A stretch of 64,000 bases of DNA from an uncultured Veillonellaceae bacterium (GTDB taxonomy: Bacteria; Bacillota; Negativicutes; JARBTT01). A model generated the notes under the pieces. That model ran no database searches, was not told where the DNA came from, and saw only the letters and a program-made list of their open reading frames with translations. This document shows positions 52,080 to 62,771 of the stretch, piece after piece (position 1 is the stretch's first letter; each line of letters starts with the position of its first letter). The translations under genes and the position numbers were made by a program. The DNA is taken from contig CAWDTA010000005.1 in NCBI GenBank assembly GCA_963805085.1, positions 512,001 through 576,000 of the forward strand, read 5' to 3'.

Positions 52080-53341
52080 ATGTTAAAGTTTGGGGATGAA
52101 AAAGGTCAACTAAAATGTTCATTTTGTGGCAAAATTACAAGAACAAGTGAAAAAGATTAGTTGCAGGCCCTGGAGTTTATATTTGTGATGAATGTATAGA
52201 ACTTTGCAATGAAATAATTGAGGAAGAATTTAGTGGTGATGTCGAAGTCGAACTAAAGGAAGTTCCCAAACCAAAAGAAATTAAGGATATATTTAGATCA
52301 ATATGTGATTGGTCAAGATGCAGCAAAAAAAACTTTAGCAGTAGCAGTTTATAATCATTATAAAAGAATCAATATCGGCTCTAAAATAGATGATATAGAC
52401 TTGCAAAAAACTAATATTTTAATGCTGGGACCAACTGGTAGCGGTAAAACGTTACTTGCTCAAACTTTGGCAAGATCTTAAATGTACCTTTTGCAATTGC
52501 AGATGCTACTTCATTAACAGAAGCAGGGTATGTTGGAGAAGATGTTGAAAATATTCTTTTAAAATTAATTCAAGCTGCTGATTATGATGTAGAGAGAGCT
52601 GAAAAGGGTATTATCTATATTGATGAAATCGATAAAATTGCACGAAAATCAGAAAATCCTTCGATTACGAGAGATGTTTCTGGCGAAGGCGTACAACAAG
52701 CATTACTTAAAATCTTAGAAGGTACAGTTGCTAGTGTTCCTCCACAAGGTGGTAGAAAACACCCTCATCAAGAATTTATTCAAATTGATACTACAAATAT
52801 ATTATTTATTTGTGGTGGTGCTTTTGATGGTATTGAAAAGATCATTAGTGCACGTACTGGTACGAAAACATTAGGCTTTGGTGCTGAAATTAAGAGTAAA
52901 GACGAAAAGAAAATCGGAGAAGTTTTAAAATCCGTGCTTCCAGGTGATTTACTAAAAATCGGTTTAATTCCAGAGTTTGTTGGTCGTTTACCGGTGGTGG
53001 TAACACTAGATGCATTGGATGAATCTGCACTTGTTAGCATTTTAGTTAAACCGAAAAATGCTCTCGTGAAGCAATATCAGAAGTTCCTTGAAATGGATAA
53101 TGTGAAGCTTGAGTTTGATGATGAGGCACTGCAAGCAATTGCAAAAGAAGCTTTGAAACGCAATACTGGTGCACGTGGACTTAGGTCTATTATTGAATCA
53201 GTTATGTGTAATGTTATGTATGAAGTTCCATCGAGAACTGATGTGTCAAAATGCACCATAACAAAAGAAGCTGTTTTAAATAACGAAGAACCTCATTTGA
53301 CGACTGTTAAAACCAAAAATAAAAAAGAAGTATCTGCATAA
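52080..53341 (+). CDS. clpX: Clp protease ATPase subunit, four indels (likely sequence error)
   Basis: CSFCGK...CDEC zinc finger, [29 protein letters not shown]; extra A near 52134, 52156 and 52291, one A missing near 52472. Confidence 0.92.
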
Positions 53342-53344
53342 TTT

Positions 53345-53371
53345 ACGGAAGGCATTTGCCTTCCGTTTTTT
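53345..53371 (+). terminator. Intrinsic terminator
   Basis: acggaaggca/tgccttccgt plus T-run. Confidence 0.8.
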
Positions 53372-53470
53372 CTATGATTCACCAAATTTTTTGCGGATAA
53401 AAACGCTTTCTTCGTTAATAATAGAAATGTAACGATTGTATTTTATTATTGAAAAAGGGGGCTTTTTTCA

Positions 53471-55162
53471 TTGGATTATGCAGTTAATGCGATCACGTTT
53501 ATCCAATTATTTTTTGTTATCGTTATAGGTCTATATTTCTTCTCATTGCTTAAATCACAGCAAGGAAATAAGAGTGCTGTCAATCGAGAATCAAAAAAGG
53601 AGATGGAGAAACTTCAAAAACTTCGTGAAATTTCCTTAACGGAGCCGTTATCAGAAAAAACAAGACCGAGTCATTTTTATGAAATCATTGGACAAGATGA
53701 AGGGATTAAAGCTCTTCGGGCAGCTTTATGTGGAGTGAATCCACAGCATGTTATCATATATGGGCCACCGGGTATCGGAAAAACTGCGGCTGCGCGATTG
53801 GTATTGGAAGAAGCAAAACGCTATACAACGTCTCCATTTGCCAGAGACGCTAAATTTATTGAAATGGATGCTACAACGGCTAGATTTGATGAACGCGGCA
53901 TTGCTGATCCGCTCATTGGAACTGTGCATGATCCGATTTATCAAGGCGCAGGTGCTCTCGGTATCGCTGGGGTGCCACAACCCAAGGCTGGAGCAGTGAC
54001 GAAGGCGCATGGCGGTATTTTGTTTATTGATGAAATAGGTGAATTGCATCATATTCAGATGAATAAGCTACTAAAAGTACTAGAAGATCGTAAAGTCTTT
54101 TTAGAAAGTTCCTATTATAATAGTGAGGATACTAATATACCAAATTATATTCACGATATTTTTCAGAATGGACTGCCAGCGGATTTTCGACTTGTAGCAG
54201 CTACGACTAGACTTCCGCAGGAAATACCTTTAGCCATTCGATCAAGGTGTGTTGAAATATTCTTCCGCCAGTTGCTTCCCGAAGAGGTGGCTGTGATTGC
54301 TCGCAATGCTTTTCGGAAAATATCGTTTGATTTCGAAGAGAAAGCAATTGAAGTGATTCAAAATTATGCAATGAATGGTAGGGATGCTGTAAATATCGTA
54401 CAAATAGCCACTGGTGTAGCAATAAATGAAGGGGCTAGTACTGTAAAAGCCGCTGACGTAGAATGGGTTGTAAACTTTGGCCAATACAATCCAAGGTGTG
54501 ATAAAAAAATTGCGCCAAAACCGCAAATTGGTTTTGTGAATGGACTGGCTGTATATGGAGCAAATTTGGGCGCAATGATGGAAGTAGAAGCTTGTGCCGT
54601 AGAAAATAAATTTGGCGCTGGTACCTTGATTGTTACAGGTGTGGTTGATGAGGAAGAAATCACTTCACCAGGGCACACGGTTCGTCGTAAGAGTATGGCA
54701 AAAGAATCGGTAGAAAATGTGATTACAGTACTAGCAAATCAGTATGAAATTAATTTTAAAAAATATAATGTTCATGTTAATTTTCCCAGTGCTGGGCCTG
54801 TTGATGGACCCTCGGCCGGTGTGAGTATCGCGATTGCGATTTATTCCGCAATTAATCAAATTCCCATTGATAATACAGTAGCGATGACGGGGGAAATTTC
54901 GATTCGTGGTTTGATTCATCCCGTTGGTGGTGTAAGTGCTAAAATTAGTGCGGCTAAGCAGGCGGGAGCTCGCAAGGTTTTGATTCCCAAAGGAAATATG
55001 CAGATGTTATATGGAAACTATGGGATAGAAATCATTGGAATTGAAACATTAGAGGAAGCGATTGCAGAATCATCTATTTCTAATCATGCGCAAGAATGTA
55101 TAAAAACAAAAGTACCACAACCAGATTTATTAACAGCAGCAAGTGCGACGGTACATATCTAG
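53471..55162 (+). CDS. lonB: ATP-dependent protease LonB (sporulation type)
   Basis: N-terminal TM; LTEPLSEKTRP, GPPGIGKT, FDERGIADPL, DGPSAG; SigF-like sequence upstream (~53394-53423). Confidence 0.93.
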   Translation: MDYAVNAITFIQLFFVIVIGLYFFSLLKSQQGNKSAVNRESKKEMEKLQKLREISLTEPLSEKTRPSHFYEIIGQDEGIKALRAALCGVNPQHVIIYGPPGIGKTAAARLVLEEAKRYTTSPFARDAKFIEMDATTARFDERGIADPLIGTVHDPIYQGAGALGIAGVPQPKAGAVTKAHGGILFIDEIGELHHIQMNKLLKVLEDRKVFLESSYYNSEDTNIPNYIHDIFQNGLPADFRLVAATTRLPQEIPLAIRSRCVEIFFRQLLPEEVAVIARNAFRKISFDFEEKAIEVIQNYAMNGRDAVNIVQIATGVAINEGASTVKAADVEWVVNFGQYNPRCDKKIAPKPQIGFVNGLAVYGANLGAMMEVEACAVENKFGAGTLIVTGVVDEEEITSPGHTVRRKSMAKESVENVITVLANQYEINFKKYNVHVNFPSAGPVDGPSAGVSIAIAIYSAINQIPIDNTVAMTGEISIRGLIHPVGGVSAKISAAKQAGARKVLIPKGNMQMLYGNYGIEIIGIETLEEAIAESSISNHAQECIKTKVPQPDLLTAASATVHI

Positions 55163-55359
55163 CGCAGTTTTAAAAGAGGTATGATAGCTAAATAAGACTG
55201 AAAATATTCTGATTTGGAATTTTTCTGGCGATATTTAGCTATTTTTTTGTTATTCTTGGTAAATTTAAAGGATTTTGGCCACTCTTTTAAGAATATAAGA
55301 ATATTTAGGATAACTAAAGTTGAAACTAAGATAAGGTAAGAGAACGAGGAGGCGGTTTG

Positions 55360-57678
55360 ATGATTAAAAATCGTAAGATACCATTATTGCCATTAAGGGG
55401 AATCATGGTTTTTCCATATATGATTATACATTTAGATGTAGGTCGTGAAAAATCTATAGCGGCGTTAGAAGAAGCTATGGTACAAGATAGAATGATTATG
55501 TTATCAGCACAAAAGGATGCGGGAATTGACAATCCAACCAAAGACGAAATTTTTGAAATTGGTACGGTTGCTGAAGTAAAACAATTATTAAAGTTACCGG
55601 GTGGAACCATTCGGGTATTGGTAGAAGGTTTAAATAGGGCTAAAATCAAGAGCTATATGGATCATAATACTTATTATGAAGTGGAAGTCGATATCTTTGA
55701 AGATGCCCAAGAGGAATCCTTAGAAGTCGAAGCCTTGATGCGGGCGGTTGTAAATCAATTTGAACAATGGGTAAAGCTCAGCAAAAAGATTCCACCAGAA
55801 ACGCTGGTATCAGTGGTTGTGATCGAGGAAGCAGGGCGCTTGTGTGATCTCATTGCTAGCCATTTATCACTTAAAATTGAAGATAAACAAGCATTGCTAG
55901 ATTCAATCGGAATCAAAGAAAGACTGGAAAAGGTTTGTGAAATTATCAGTCGTGAAATGGAAATCTTAGAAATTGAACGCAAAATCAGTGGTCGTGTAAG
56001 AAAACAAATGGAAAAAACCCAAAAAGAATATTATTTGCGTGAACAATTAAAAGCCATCCAAAAAGAACTAGGTGATAAAGATGATAAAACAAGCGAAATA
56101 GAGGAATATAATAAACGATTAGAAGAAGGCAGTTATCCTGACAATGTGAAAGAAAAAATCAATAAAGAAATTGGTCGTTTAGAAAAAATGTCGAGTATGT
56201 CGGCAGAAACTGGCGTAATTCGTACTTATATTGATTGGATATTGTCTTTGCCGTGGGATAAATTAACCGAAGATAGATTGGATATCGGTATTGCAGAAGA
56301 AATTTTAAATACGGATCATTATGGCTTAGAAAAAGTCAAAGAGCGTATTTTAGAATACCTATCGATCAGAAAACTTGCTGATCATCTGAAAGGGCCAATC
56401 CTATGTTTAGTTGGACCGCCTGGTGTGGGGAAAACCTCACTAGCACGTTCAATTGCAAGAGCAATGGAACGCAATTTCGTTCGTGTTTCATTGGGAGGGG
56501 TACGCGATGAAGCGGAAATCCGCGGTCATCGTCGCACTTATGTAGGTGCCTTGCCTGGTCGAATTATTCAAGGAATGAAAACAGCTGGTTCTAAAAATCC
56601 AGTTTTTTTATTAGATGAAATTGATAAGATGAATGCAGATTTTAAAGGGGATCCATCAGCAGCACTACTTGAAGTATTAGATCCAGAACAAAATAACACC
56701 TTTAGTGACCATTATCTTGAGCTGCCATATGATTTGTCCAAAGTGTTATGGATTGTGACAGCAAATGGTATGCATAATATACCGCGGCCACTCCGTGACC
56801 GCATGGAGATTATTAATATCCCAGGTTATACTGAGGAAGAAAAAGTACAAATAGCCAAGCGATATCTGGTAGAAAAGCAATTGAGCGAACATGGTTTAAC
56901 TAAGAAACAGTTAACATTATCAGATAACACCATTCAAAAATTAATTGCTGAATATACACGTGAAGCAGGTGTACGGAGCTTGGAACGTACTATTGCAACG
57001 GTATGTCGTAAAGTGGCACGCCAAATTGTGCAAAATGATAAAAAAGCAGTAAAAGTAACATCGCAAAATTTGCATAAATTCCTTGGTGCAGCTAAGTATA
57101 ACCATCGCAAGGCAGAAGAAAACCATCAAGTAGGTGTGAGTACAGGGCTTGCGTGGACTGAGGTTGGCGGTGATGTATTGCCAACAGAAGTTACCATATT
57201 AAAAGGCAAGGGGAAGTTGATTTTAACGGGGCAATTAGGCGAAGTTATGCGTGAATCGGCGCAAGCAGGGATGAGTTATATTAGAAGTCGAGCGGAAGAA
57301 CTTCATATTCCAAATGATTTTTATGAAAAACAAGATATTCATATTCATTTACCAGAAGGTGCAATTCCTAAAGATGGCCCATCTGCTGGTATTACGATGG
57401 CGACCGCTGTTGTGTCAGCATTGACTGGTAAAAAAGTGCGTAGTGATGTCGCAATGACAGGTGAGATTACTTTACGTGGACGGGTACTTCCTATCGGTGG
57501 ACTGAAAGAGAAAGTATTAGCGGCACATCGGATAGGAATAAAAACGATTATTTTACCAAGAGAAAATAAACGTGATATGGATGAAATCCCGAACAACGTG
57601 AAACGAAATTTAGAATTTGTATTAGTGGAGCATATGGATGAAGTTTTAAAATGTGCATTGGTGAAGGAAAATGAATGA
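55360..57678 (+). CDS. lon: Endopeptidase La
   Basis: [28 protein letters not shown]; SigH-like AGGA-N18-GAAT at 55269-55294. Confidence 0.97.
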   Translation: MIKNRKIPLLPLRGIMVFPYMIIHLDVGREKSIAALEEAMVQDRMIMLSAQKDAGIDNPTKDEIFEIGTVAEVKQLLKLPGGTIRVLVEGLNRAKIKSYMDHNTYYEVEVDIFEDAQEESLEVEALMRAVVNQFEQWVKLSKKIPPETLVSVVVIEEAGRLCDLIASHLSLKIEDKQALLDSIGIKERLEKVCEIISREMEILEIERKISGRVRKQMEKTQKEYYLREQLKAIQKELGDKDDKTSEIEEYNKRLEEGSYPDNVKEKINKEIGRLEKMSSMSAETGVIRTYIDWILSLPWDKLTEDRLDIGIAEEILNTDHYGLEKVKERILEYLSIRKLADHLKGPILCLVGPPGVGKTSLARSIARAMERNFVRVSLGGVRDEAEIRGHRRTYVGALPGRIIQGMKTAGSKNPVFLLDEIDKMNADFKGDPSAALLEVLDPEQNNTFSDHYLELPYDLSKVLWIVTANGMHNIPRPLRDRMEIINIPGYTEEEKVQIAKRYLVEKQLSEHGLTKKQLTLSDNTIQKLIAEYTREAGVRSLERTIATVCRKVARQIVQNDKKAVKVTSQNLHKFLGAAKYNHRKAEENHQVGVSTGLAWTEVGGDVLPTEVTILKGKGKLILTGQLGEVMRESAQAGMSYIRSRAEELHIPNDFYEKQDIHIHLPEGAIPKDGPSAGITMATAVVSALTGKKVRSDVAMTGEITLRGRVLPIGGLKEKVLAAHRIGIKTIILPRENKRDMDEIPNNVKRNLEFVLVEHMDEVLKCALVKENE

Positions 57679-58294
57679 AGAGATTATAATTACCCAGGGA
57701 AAATATATTGCTTCTGCCGTAAGGGTGGATCAATATCCTGAACGAGATTTAAAAGAGATTGTATTTATTGGCCGGTCTAATGTCGGCAAGTCTTCTTTGA
57801 TTAATTCTCTGACTCGTATTGGTGGTTTAGCGAGAGTTAGTGGTACGCCAGGTAAAACACAAACGATTAATTTTTATGAATTAAGTGCAAAAATGCCAGA
57901 GGAAGAAGAGCGTAGAGATTTTTATCTAGTCGATTTACCTGGTTATGGCTACGCGAAAACGGGTAAAGAAAATCGCAGCCGCTGGTCAAAATTTATTGAT
58001 GAATATTTATTAAAATCAGAACGGTTGCAATTTGTATGTCAGCTCATTGACATTAGACATGAACCAATGCCGAGTGATATTGATATGTTCAAATGGTTGG
58101 TAAAAAACAATCTACCGGTATTGGTCATTGCAACCAAGTCAGATAAATTAAGTAAAAATCAAGTACAGAAAAACATTATGTTAATTAAAAAGACATTAGG
58201 CGTGCCAGAGTTAGATATATTACCTTATTCATCAGTGAAAAGTGAAGGACGTTCATTTTTACTTGACGTTATTGGTAGTGTTTTGGTAGAATAG
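57671..58294 (+). CDS. engB: Ribosome biogenesis GTPase YihA/YsxC
   Basis: [20 protein letters not shown]. Confidence 0.96.
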   Translation: MNEEIIITQGKYIASAVRVDQYPERDLKEIVFIGRSNVGKSSLINSLTRIGGLARVSGTPGKTQTINFYELSAKMPEEEERRDFYLVDLPGYGYAKTGKENRSRWSKFIDEYLLKSERLQFVCQLIDIRHEPMPSDIDMFKWLVKNNLPVLVIATKSDKLSKNQVQKNIMLIKKTLGVPELDILPYSSVKSEGRSFLLDVIGSVLVE

Positions 58295-58388
58295 AAATAG
58301 GGATAATAAGAGACAGTTATAACTGTCTCTTATTTATGTAAATAATTTTTATCGTGGTTGTCGTATTTTACAGAGAAGGAGCGACATA

Positions 58389-58841
58389 ATGTTAACAGCT
58401 TTTGATAAGGAATTGTTAAATATTCTACAAACAGAATTACCAATTAGTAAACGTCCTTTTGCTGATTTAGCGCAAGTTTTAGGAACGGATGAGACAGTAG
58501 TCATCAATCGATTAACAGAACTGAAAGAACAAGGTTATTTAAGAAGGATTGGTCCATTTTTTGATTCTACGAAACTTGGCTATGCTGGCACTCTGATTGC
58601 GACTAAGGTAACGGATGGCTATATGGAAAGTGTAGCCCGCGAAATCAATACATATCCTGGCGTTACGCATAATTATGAACGTGAAGGCGATTTTAATTTG
58701 TGGTTTACGTTACTCACACCTGATGTGGAAACTCAAGATAAGATTTTAGCCACCATACGTAATTTGCCTGGAGTTGAGAAGTTAATAAGTTTGAAGGCTA
58801 ACCGTAAGTATAAAGTTAGCGTTCAGTTTAAGTTGAAGTAG
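58389..58841 (+). CDS. ahbA: Siroheme decarboxylase alpha subunit (AsnC-like fold)
   Basis: RRIGPFFD, GVTHNYER, NLWFT. Confidence 0.85.
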   Translation: MLTAFDKELLNILQTELPISKRPFADLAQVLGTDETVVINRLTELKEQGYLRRIGPFFDSTKLGYAGTLIATKVTDGYMESVAREINTYPGVTHNYEREGDFNLWFTLLTPDVETQDKILATIRNLPGVEKLISLKANRKYKVSVQFKLK

Positions 58842-58850
58842 GTGAAAGCA

Positions 58851-59321
58851 ATGGATGAATTAGATAAAAAAATAATAAGAGCTATGCAAGATGAATTTCC
58901 ATTGGTAGCAGAACCTTATCAAGTGTTAGCTAAGCAAATTGGCATTACACAAGAAGAACTCATTGAACGATTAAAAAGGTATAAACGGTCGGGCCAAATT
59001 CGCAAAATGGGGGCAGTACTTAGACATCGTGAAGTTGGGTATGCAGCTAACGCATTATGCGCGTGGGTAGTGCCAGAAAGTCGGCTAGAAGAAGTGGCAA
59101 CTTTGATGGCGACTAGTCCATCCATATCGCATTGTTATGATCGCAATACTATGCCTGGATGGCCGTATAACGTGTATACGATGATTCACGGACACAGTCG
59201 TGAAGAGTGTGAAGCAATAGCAAATAAAATTGCCGAGCAAAATAACTTAACGGAAAAAACAATGTTATATAGCTTAAAAGAATGGAAAAAAACAAGTATG
59301 CGTTATTTTTGTGAAGGATAA
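58851..59321 (+). CDS. ahbB: Siroheme decarboxylase beta subunit
   Basis: GAVLRHR, SHCYDR, WPYNVYTMIH, EWKKTSMRYF. Confidence 0.87.
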   Translation: MDELDKKIIRAMQDEFPLVAEPYQVLAKQIGITQEELIERLKRYKRSGQIRKMGAVLRHREVGYAANALCAWVVPESRLEEVATLMATSPSISHCYDRNTMPGWPYNVYTMIHGHSREECEAIANKIAEQNNLTEKTMLYSLKEWKKTSMRYFCEG

Positions 59322-59365
59322 TATTTATTATTTAAGGTTGAATTTATAAAATAGTTATCATTTTG

Positions 59366-59399
59366 AAATGCAGAGGCAATCATTGCCTCTGCATTTTTT
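59366..59399 (+). terminator. Intrinsic terminator
   Basis: aaatgcagaggcaat/attgcctctgcattt. Confidence 0.8.
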
Positions 59400-59550
59400 A
59401 TATTTAACGCGATATAACTTAATTTTTAAATAAAATATATTGAATTTTGTATACAAAAAGCATATAATAACAAGTGCCGTAAAAAACAATGGTATTTAAG
59501 GCGAAAACAAAATAAATTAATGTTTGCGGTTTTGAAATGAGGTTATTATT

Positions 59551-60813
59551 ATGTCAAGAACAAATAAGTGTTTAAATGTATATCAAGGTGTGGGTATTTT
59601 AGTATCAACATTGCTTGGTTCGAGTATTTTTATAATTCCAGCGATTGCAGCGGATCTTGCTGGGAATAAATCTATTATAGCGTGGATACTTACCATTTTA
59701 TGTGTGATACCAGTTGCATTTACGTTTAGTAATCTTGGCACAAAATATCCTAGTGAAGGCGGAACTGCATATTTTATAAAACAATCTTTTGGTGAAAAAT
59801 TTGCAAAACTTACGTCCTGGTTATATTTATCTGCATTACCGATTTGTCCGCCGATTATCGTTATTACAGGAGCAAGTTATATAGGGGCAATTTGGGGTGG
59901 CAGTCAATGGCAGATTTTCACGGTCTGTATAGCGATGCTTGCAGGATTGTTTTGTATTAATTTATATGGACTACAGTTTGCCAGTAAAATGCAATCTTTT
60001 GTTTCAGTGATTATTGTTGGGATTCTTGTGACACTGATTATTTTGGCGCTTACAAAAGTTGATGTAGTATCTGGCTTAGTTATAAAAATGAATTTCGGTG
60101 ACATTTCATTGATGAAGACAACAATATCATTAGTTTTTTGGTGCTTTGTTGGTATTGAAGCTGTGGTTCATATCGCTGGTGATTTTAAAAATGTCGAACG
60201 CGATTTTCCGCTTACCATATTAATTAGTCTATTTATTGTTGGCGGAATTTGTATTCTATTAAGTCTTATCGTATTGAAATTTCATACCTATGGTAGTGAA
60301 GCTCTGAATTCAAATTATATAGTAGCTTTGTTTGATTTATTGATTGGTCATTCTGGAAAAGTTTTTGTTGCAATTATGGCTTTTTTTGCAGCCTTAGCAG
60401 CAGTGAATGTATATCTAATGAGCTTTTCAAAAATGATTTATGCAATGAGTGTTACTGGGGTAGTAAATGAACGTTTTAAAACTACGAATAAGAATGGTAT
60501 GCCAGTGAATGCGTTGATTGTTTGTTACGGTTTGGCGACTGTGACGATTGTATTAAAATATGTGTTCAATATCAATCTAGATGAACTTATTCTTTATGCA
60601 AATAGTGTTTTTATTGCAATTTATTTATTGGCATCTATCTCAGGAATTGTATTGCTTGAGGGCTATAAAAAATATATGGCTGTTGCTTCAACGCTGTTTT
60701 GTAGCTTAATCTTCTTATCATTAGGCTGGAAAATTGTATATGTAGTAGCTTTAATCGGATTATTTTGTATTATAGAATATATGATAGAACAAAAAAGTGC
60801 ACTAAGAATATAA
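59551..60813 (+). CDS. yjeH: YjeH-like L-methionine/branched-chain amino acid exporter (APC)
   Basis: QGVGILVSTLLGS, FWCFVGIEA, ERDFP, YANSVF..IY. Confidence 0.8.
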   Translation: MSRTNKCLNVYQGVGILVSTLLGSSIFIIPAIAADLAGNKSIIAWILTILCVIPVAFTFSNLGTKYPSEGGTAYFIKQSFGEKFAKLTSWLYLSALPICPPIIVITGASYIGAIWGGSQWQIFTVCIAMLAGLFCINLYGLQFASKMQSFVSVIIVGILVTLIILALTKVDVVSGLVIKMNFGDISLMKTTISLVFWCFVGIEAVVHIAGDFKNVERDFPLTILISLFIVGGICILLSLIVLKFHTYGSEALNSNYIVALFDLLIGHSGKVFVAIMAFFAALAAVNVYLMSFSKMIYAMSVTGVVNERFKTTNKNGMPVNALIVCYGLATVTIVLKYVFNINLDELILYANSVFIAIYLLASISGIVLLEGYKKYMAVASTLFCSLIFLSLGWKIVYVVALIGLFCIIEYMIEQKSALRI

Positions 60814-60916
60814 TAATCGAGTAATGATTGTTTTATCGCATTATTACTGATAAAATTATAATTATTTGCTGATTTTACCTAACGGGTAATGTGAATATGC
60901 ATTTAGTGGAAATGAG

Positions 60917-62188
60917 ATGTGGATGATGAGTGATAGGGACATTAGTACAAATTTATTAGAAAGCTCTATAGAATATGGACTTGTTTATGTTGGTGATTAC
61001 ATAAGTGAAATGATTGGAAAATCAGTTTTAGTTGCTGATAATCGTGGTTATATGCATTATCCGGAAAAGTCTGTCATTAGTGATACTGATATTGAGTATT
61101 TGATAAGGACGATGCCACAGATAGAGGAAGACCAATATTATTATGAAAAAAACGAATCTATGCTCGTCTATCCGATTGGGAGAAATGATCTTAAAGCGTT
61201 GGTGCTTGTAAAAAATGTTTCTCAAGAAGAGATCATAACAGTTTTATCAATGCTGAGTTATGCGAAATTAGCGATTAAAAACTACATTCATAATGAGTTA
61301 AGTTTAGAAAATAAATTGGCAGCGTATCAAAGAAAATTTTTAGATACTATGTTTCTGAAAAATGAAGCAAATGTAAAAATAGTCTTAGAAAAAGCGGGCG
61401 TTTATTTAGATGTAAATCGTAAATATGCCATTGGATTAATTAAGTTACATGACCAGGAGGAAAAACTTGATTATCATAAAGTAAAGATGGATATGTTTGA
61501 ATATAGTCATAATGCAAATTTTGATCCATCAGGGCTAGTGTATTGGCATGGATTTTATGTATTTGTCGTTGGTGATAATAAATTAAAAGAGGATATGCCC
61601 AGTGAACCCATTTGGAAAAAGAAAGTTGAAGATAAATACAAAGTAAAGGTTGCAATTTCTTATGGGCGGTTTAAGACGATTGGTGATATGCAAAAAAGCT
61701 ATAATGAAGCAAGAGTTGCTATGACGTTTCAAACAAGCAACGCAAATCATTGTTTTGTTCAACGTTTTGACGATTTAGGGATTTATACAATGCTTTTTTC
61801 CCATGACTTTGAGCAATTAACAGAGTTTTGTATGAAAACAGTAGCGAAATTAATGGTACATGATAGTGAGTTTGATGCGGATTTGTTCATTACGCTACGG
61901 GCGTTACTTCAATGTAATTTCAATTTAAAATCGGCATCAGAACGATTGTTTGTACATGTAAATACGGTAAGATATCGCTATGAGCGAATTGAGCAGCTGC
62001 TAGAAATCAATTTATCTGATCCAGAAGAACGAACCAATTTGTATGTTGTCGTAAGAGTTGGTGCAATTTTAGAAGAACTCGGGTTTATGAAAAATTGTTA
62101 TATTGGTAATATCGTAGAAAATAATATAGCAGATAGTGAAAGTAAAATACGATATCCTCGATTCGGGACAAATTTAAAAATGATATAG
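60917..62188 (+). CDS. PucR/CdaR family transcriptional regulator
   Basis: SYNEA, C-terminal HTH LFVHVNTVRYRYERIEQLL. Confidence 0.9.
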   Translation: MWMMSDRDISTNLLESSIEYGLVYVGDYISEMIGKSVLVADNRGYMHYPEKSVISDTDIEYLIRTMPQIEEDQYYYEKNESMLVYPIGRNDLKALVLVKNVSQEEIITVLSMLSYAKLAIKNYIHNELSLENKLAAYQRKFLDTMFLKNEANVKIVLEKAGVYLDVNRKYAIGLIKLHDQEEKLDYHKVKMDMFEYSHNANFDPSGLVYWHGFYVFVVGDNKLKEDMPSEPIWKKKVEDKYKVKVAISYGRFKTIGDMQKSYNEARVAMTFQTSNANHCFVQRFDDLGIYTMLFSHDFEQLTEFCMKTVAKLMVHDSEFDADLFITLRALLQCNFNLKSASERLFVHVNTVRYRYERIEQLLEINLSDPEERTNLYVVVRVGAILEELGFMKNCYIGNIVENNIADSESKIRYPRFGTNLKMI

Positions 62189-62203
62189 TAGATTGACACA
62201 TGT

Positions 62204-62238
62204 AAAAGGGCAACTGTAGGTTATGCAGTTGCCCTTTT
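62204..62238 (+). terminator. Intrinsic terminator
   Basis: aaaagggcaactgta/tgcagttgccctttt. Confidence 0.8.
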
Positions 62239-62503
62239 GTCGTAATTTAAAAATAAAATAATAACAAATAGTTATACAATGTTATAAAAATATAAAAAAA
62301 TGTTATAATTTACTACAAAGCTTTTATAAAAATTAGAATCATATATTATAAAAATAAAATGAGATTGTATGAAACAATTAGCTTTTACTACAGTCAATGA
62401 ATAAAATAACTGTGTTTTTTCGTTAAAGTGATTGAAAAATAAAACAGATTATTTAAAATATTAAAAAATCTGCTTTGTTTCTCATATTCTACTGAATGGG
62501 TTT

Positions 62504-62613
62504 TTGTGAATAACTACAAATAACTATACTTGTTATTGTATAATAAGACAACTAGATGTTTTGGTGAAAATTTTAAAATTATAATACCTATATTATAATG
62601 TATAAAGTGACAA
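62504..62613. promoter_or_regulatory. Repeated TTGT-N8-ACAA sites (putative PucR/CdaR operators)
   Basis: ttgtgaataactacaa 62504-62519, ttgtataataagacaa 62536-62551, atgtataaagtgacaa 62598-62613. Confidence 0.55.
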
Positions 62614-62771
62614 CGTTTGACAAAAGTCAACAATGCTCATTATTAAACAGTATATTATATAGAGATGAATTTTTTGTGAGGCAACAGCATTCATATGGAT
62701 CATTAAGAATCTGTACATAAGTCATCTTAAAACTGTTTGGTGTATTTTATATTATTAGGAGGGTGCTATTT

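Noticed and set aside
51816-52475. Programmed frameshifting or phase variation in clpP/clpX
   Set aside because: Too many indels, most not in slippery or long homopolymer tracts
58389-59321. Lrp/AsnC transcription regulators
   Set aside because: Paired arrangement and HNYER/HCYxR motifs indicate AhbA/AhbB siroheme decarboxylase
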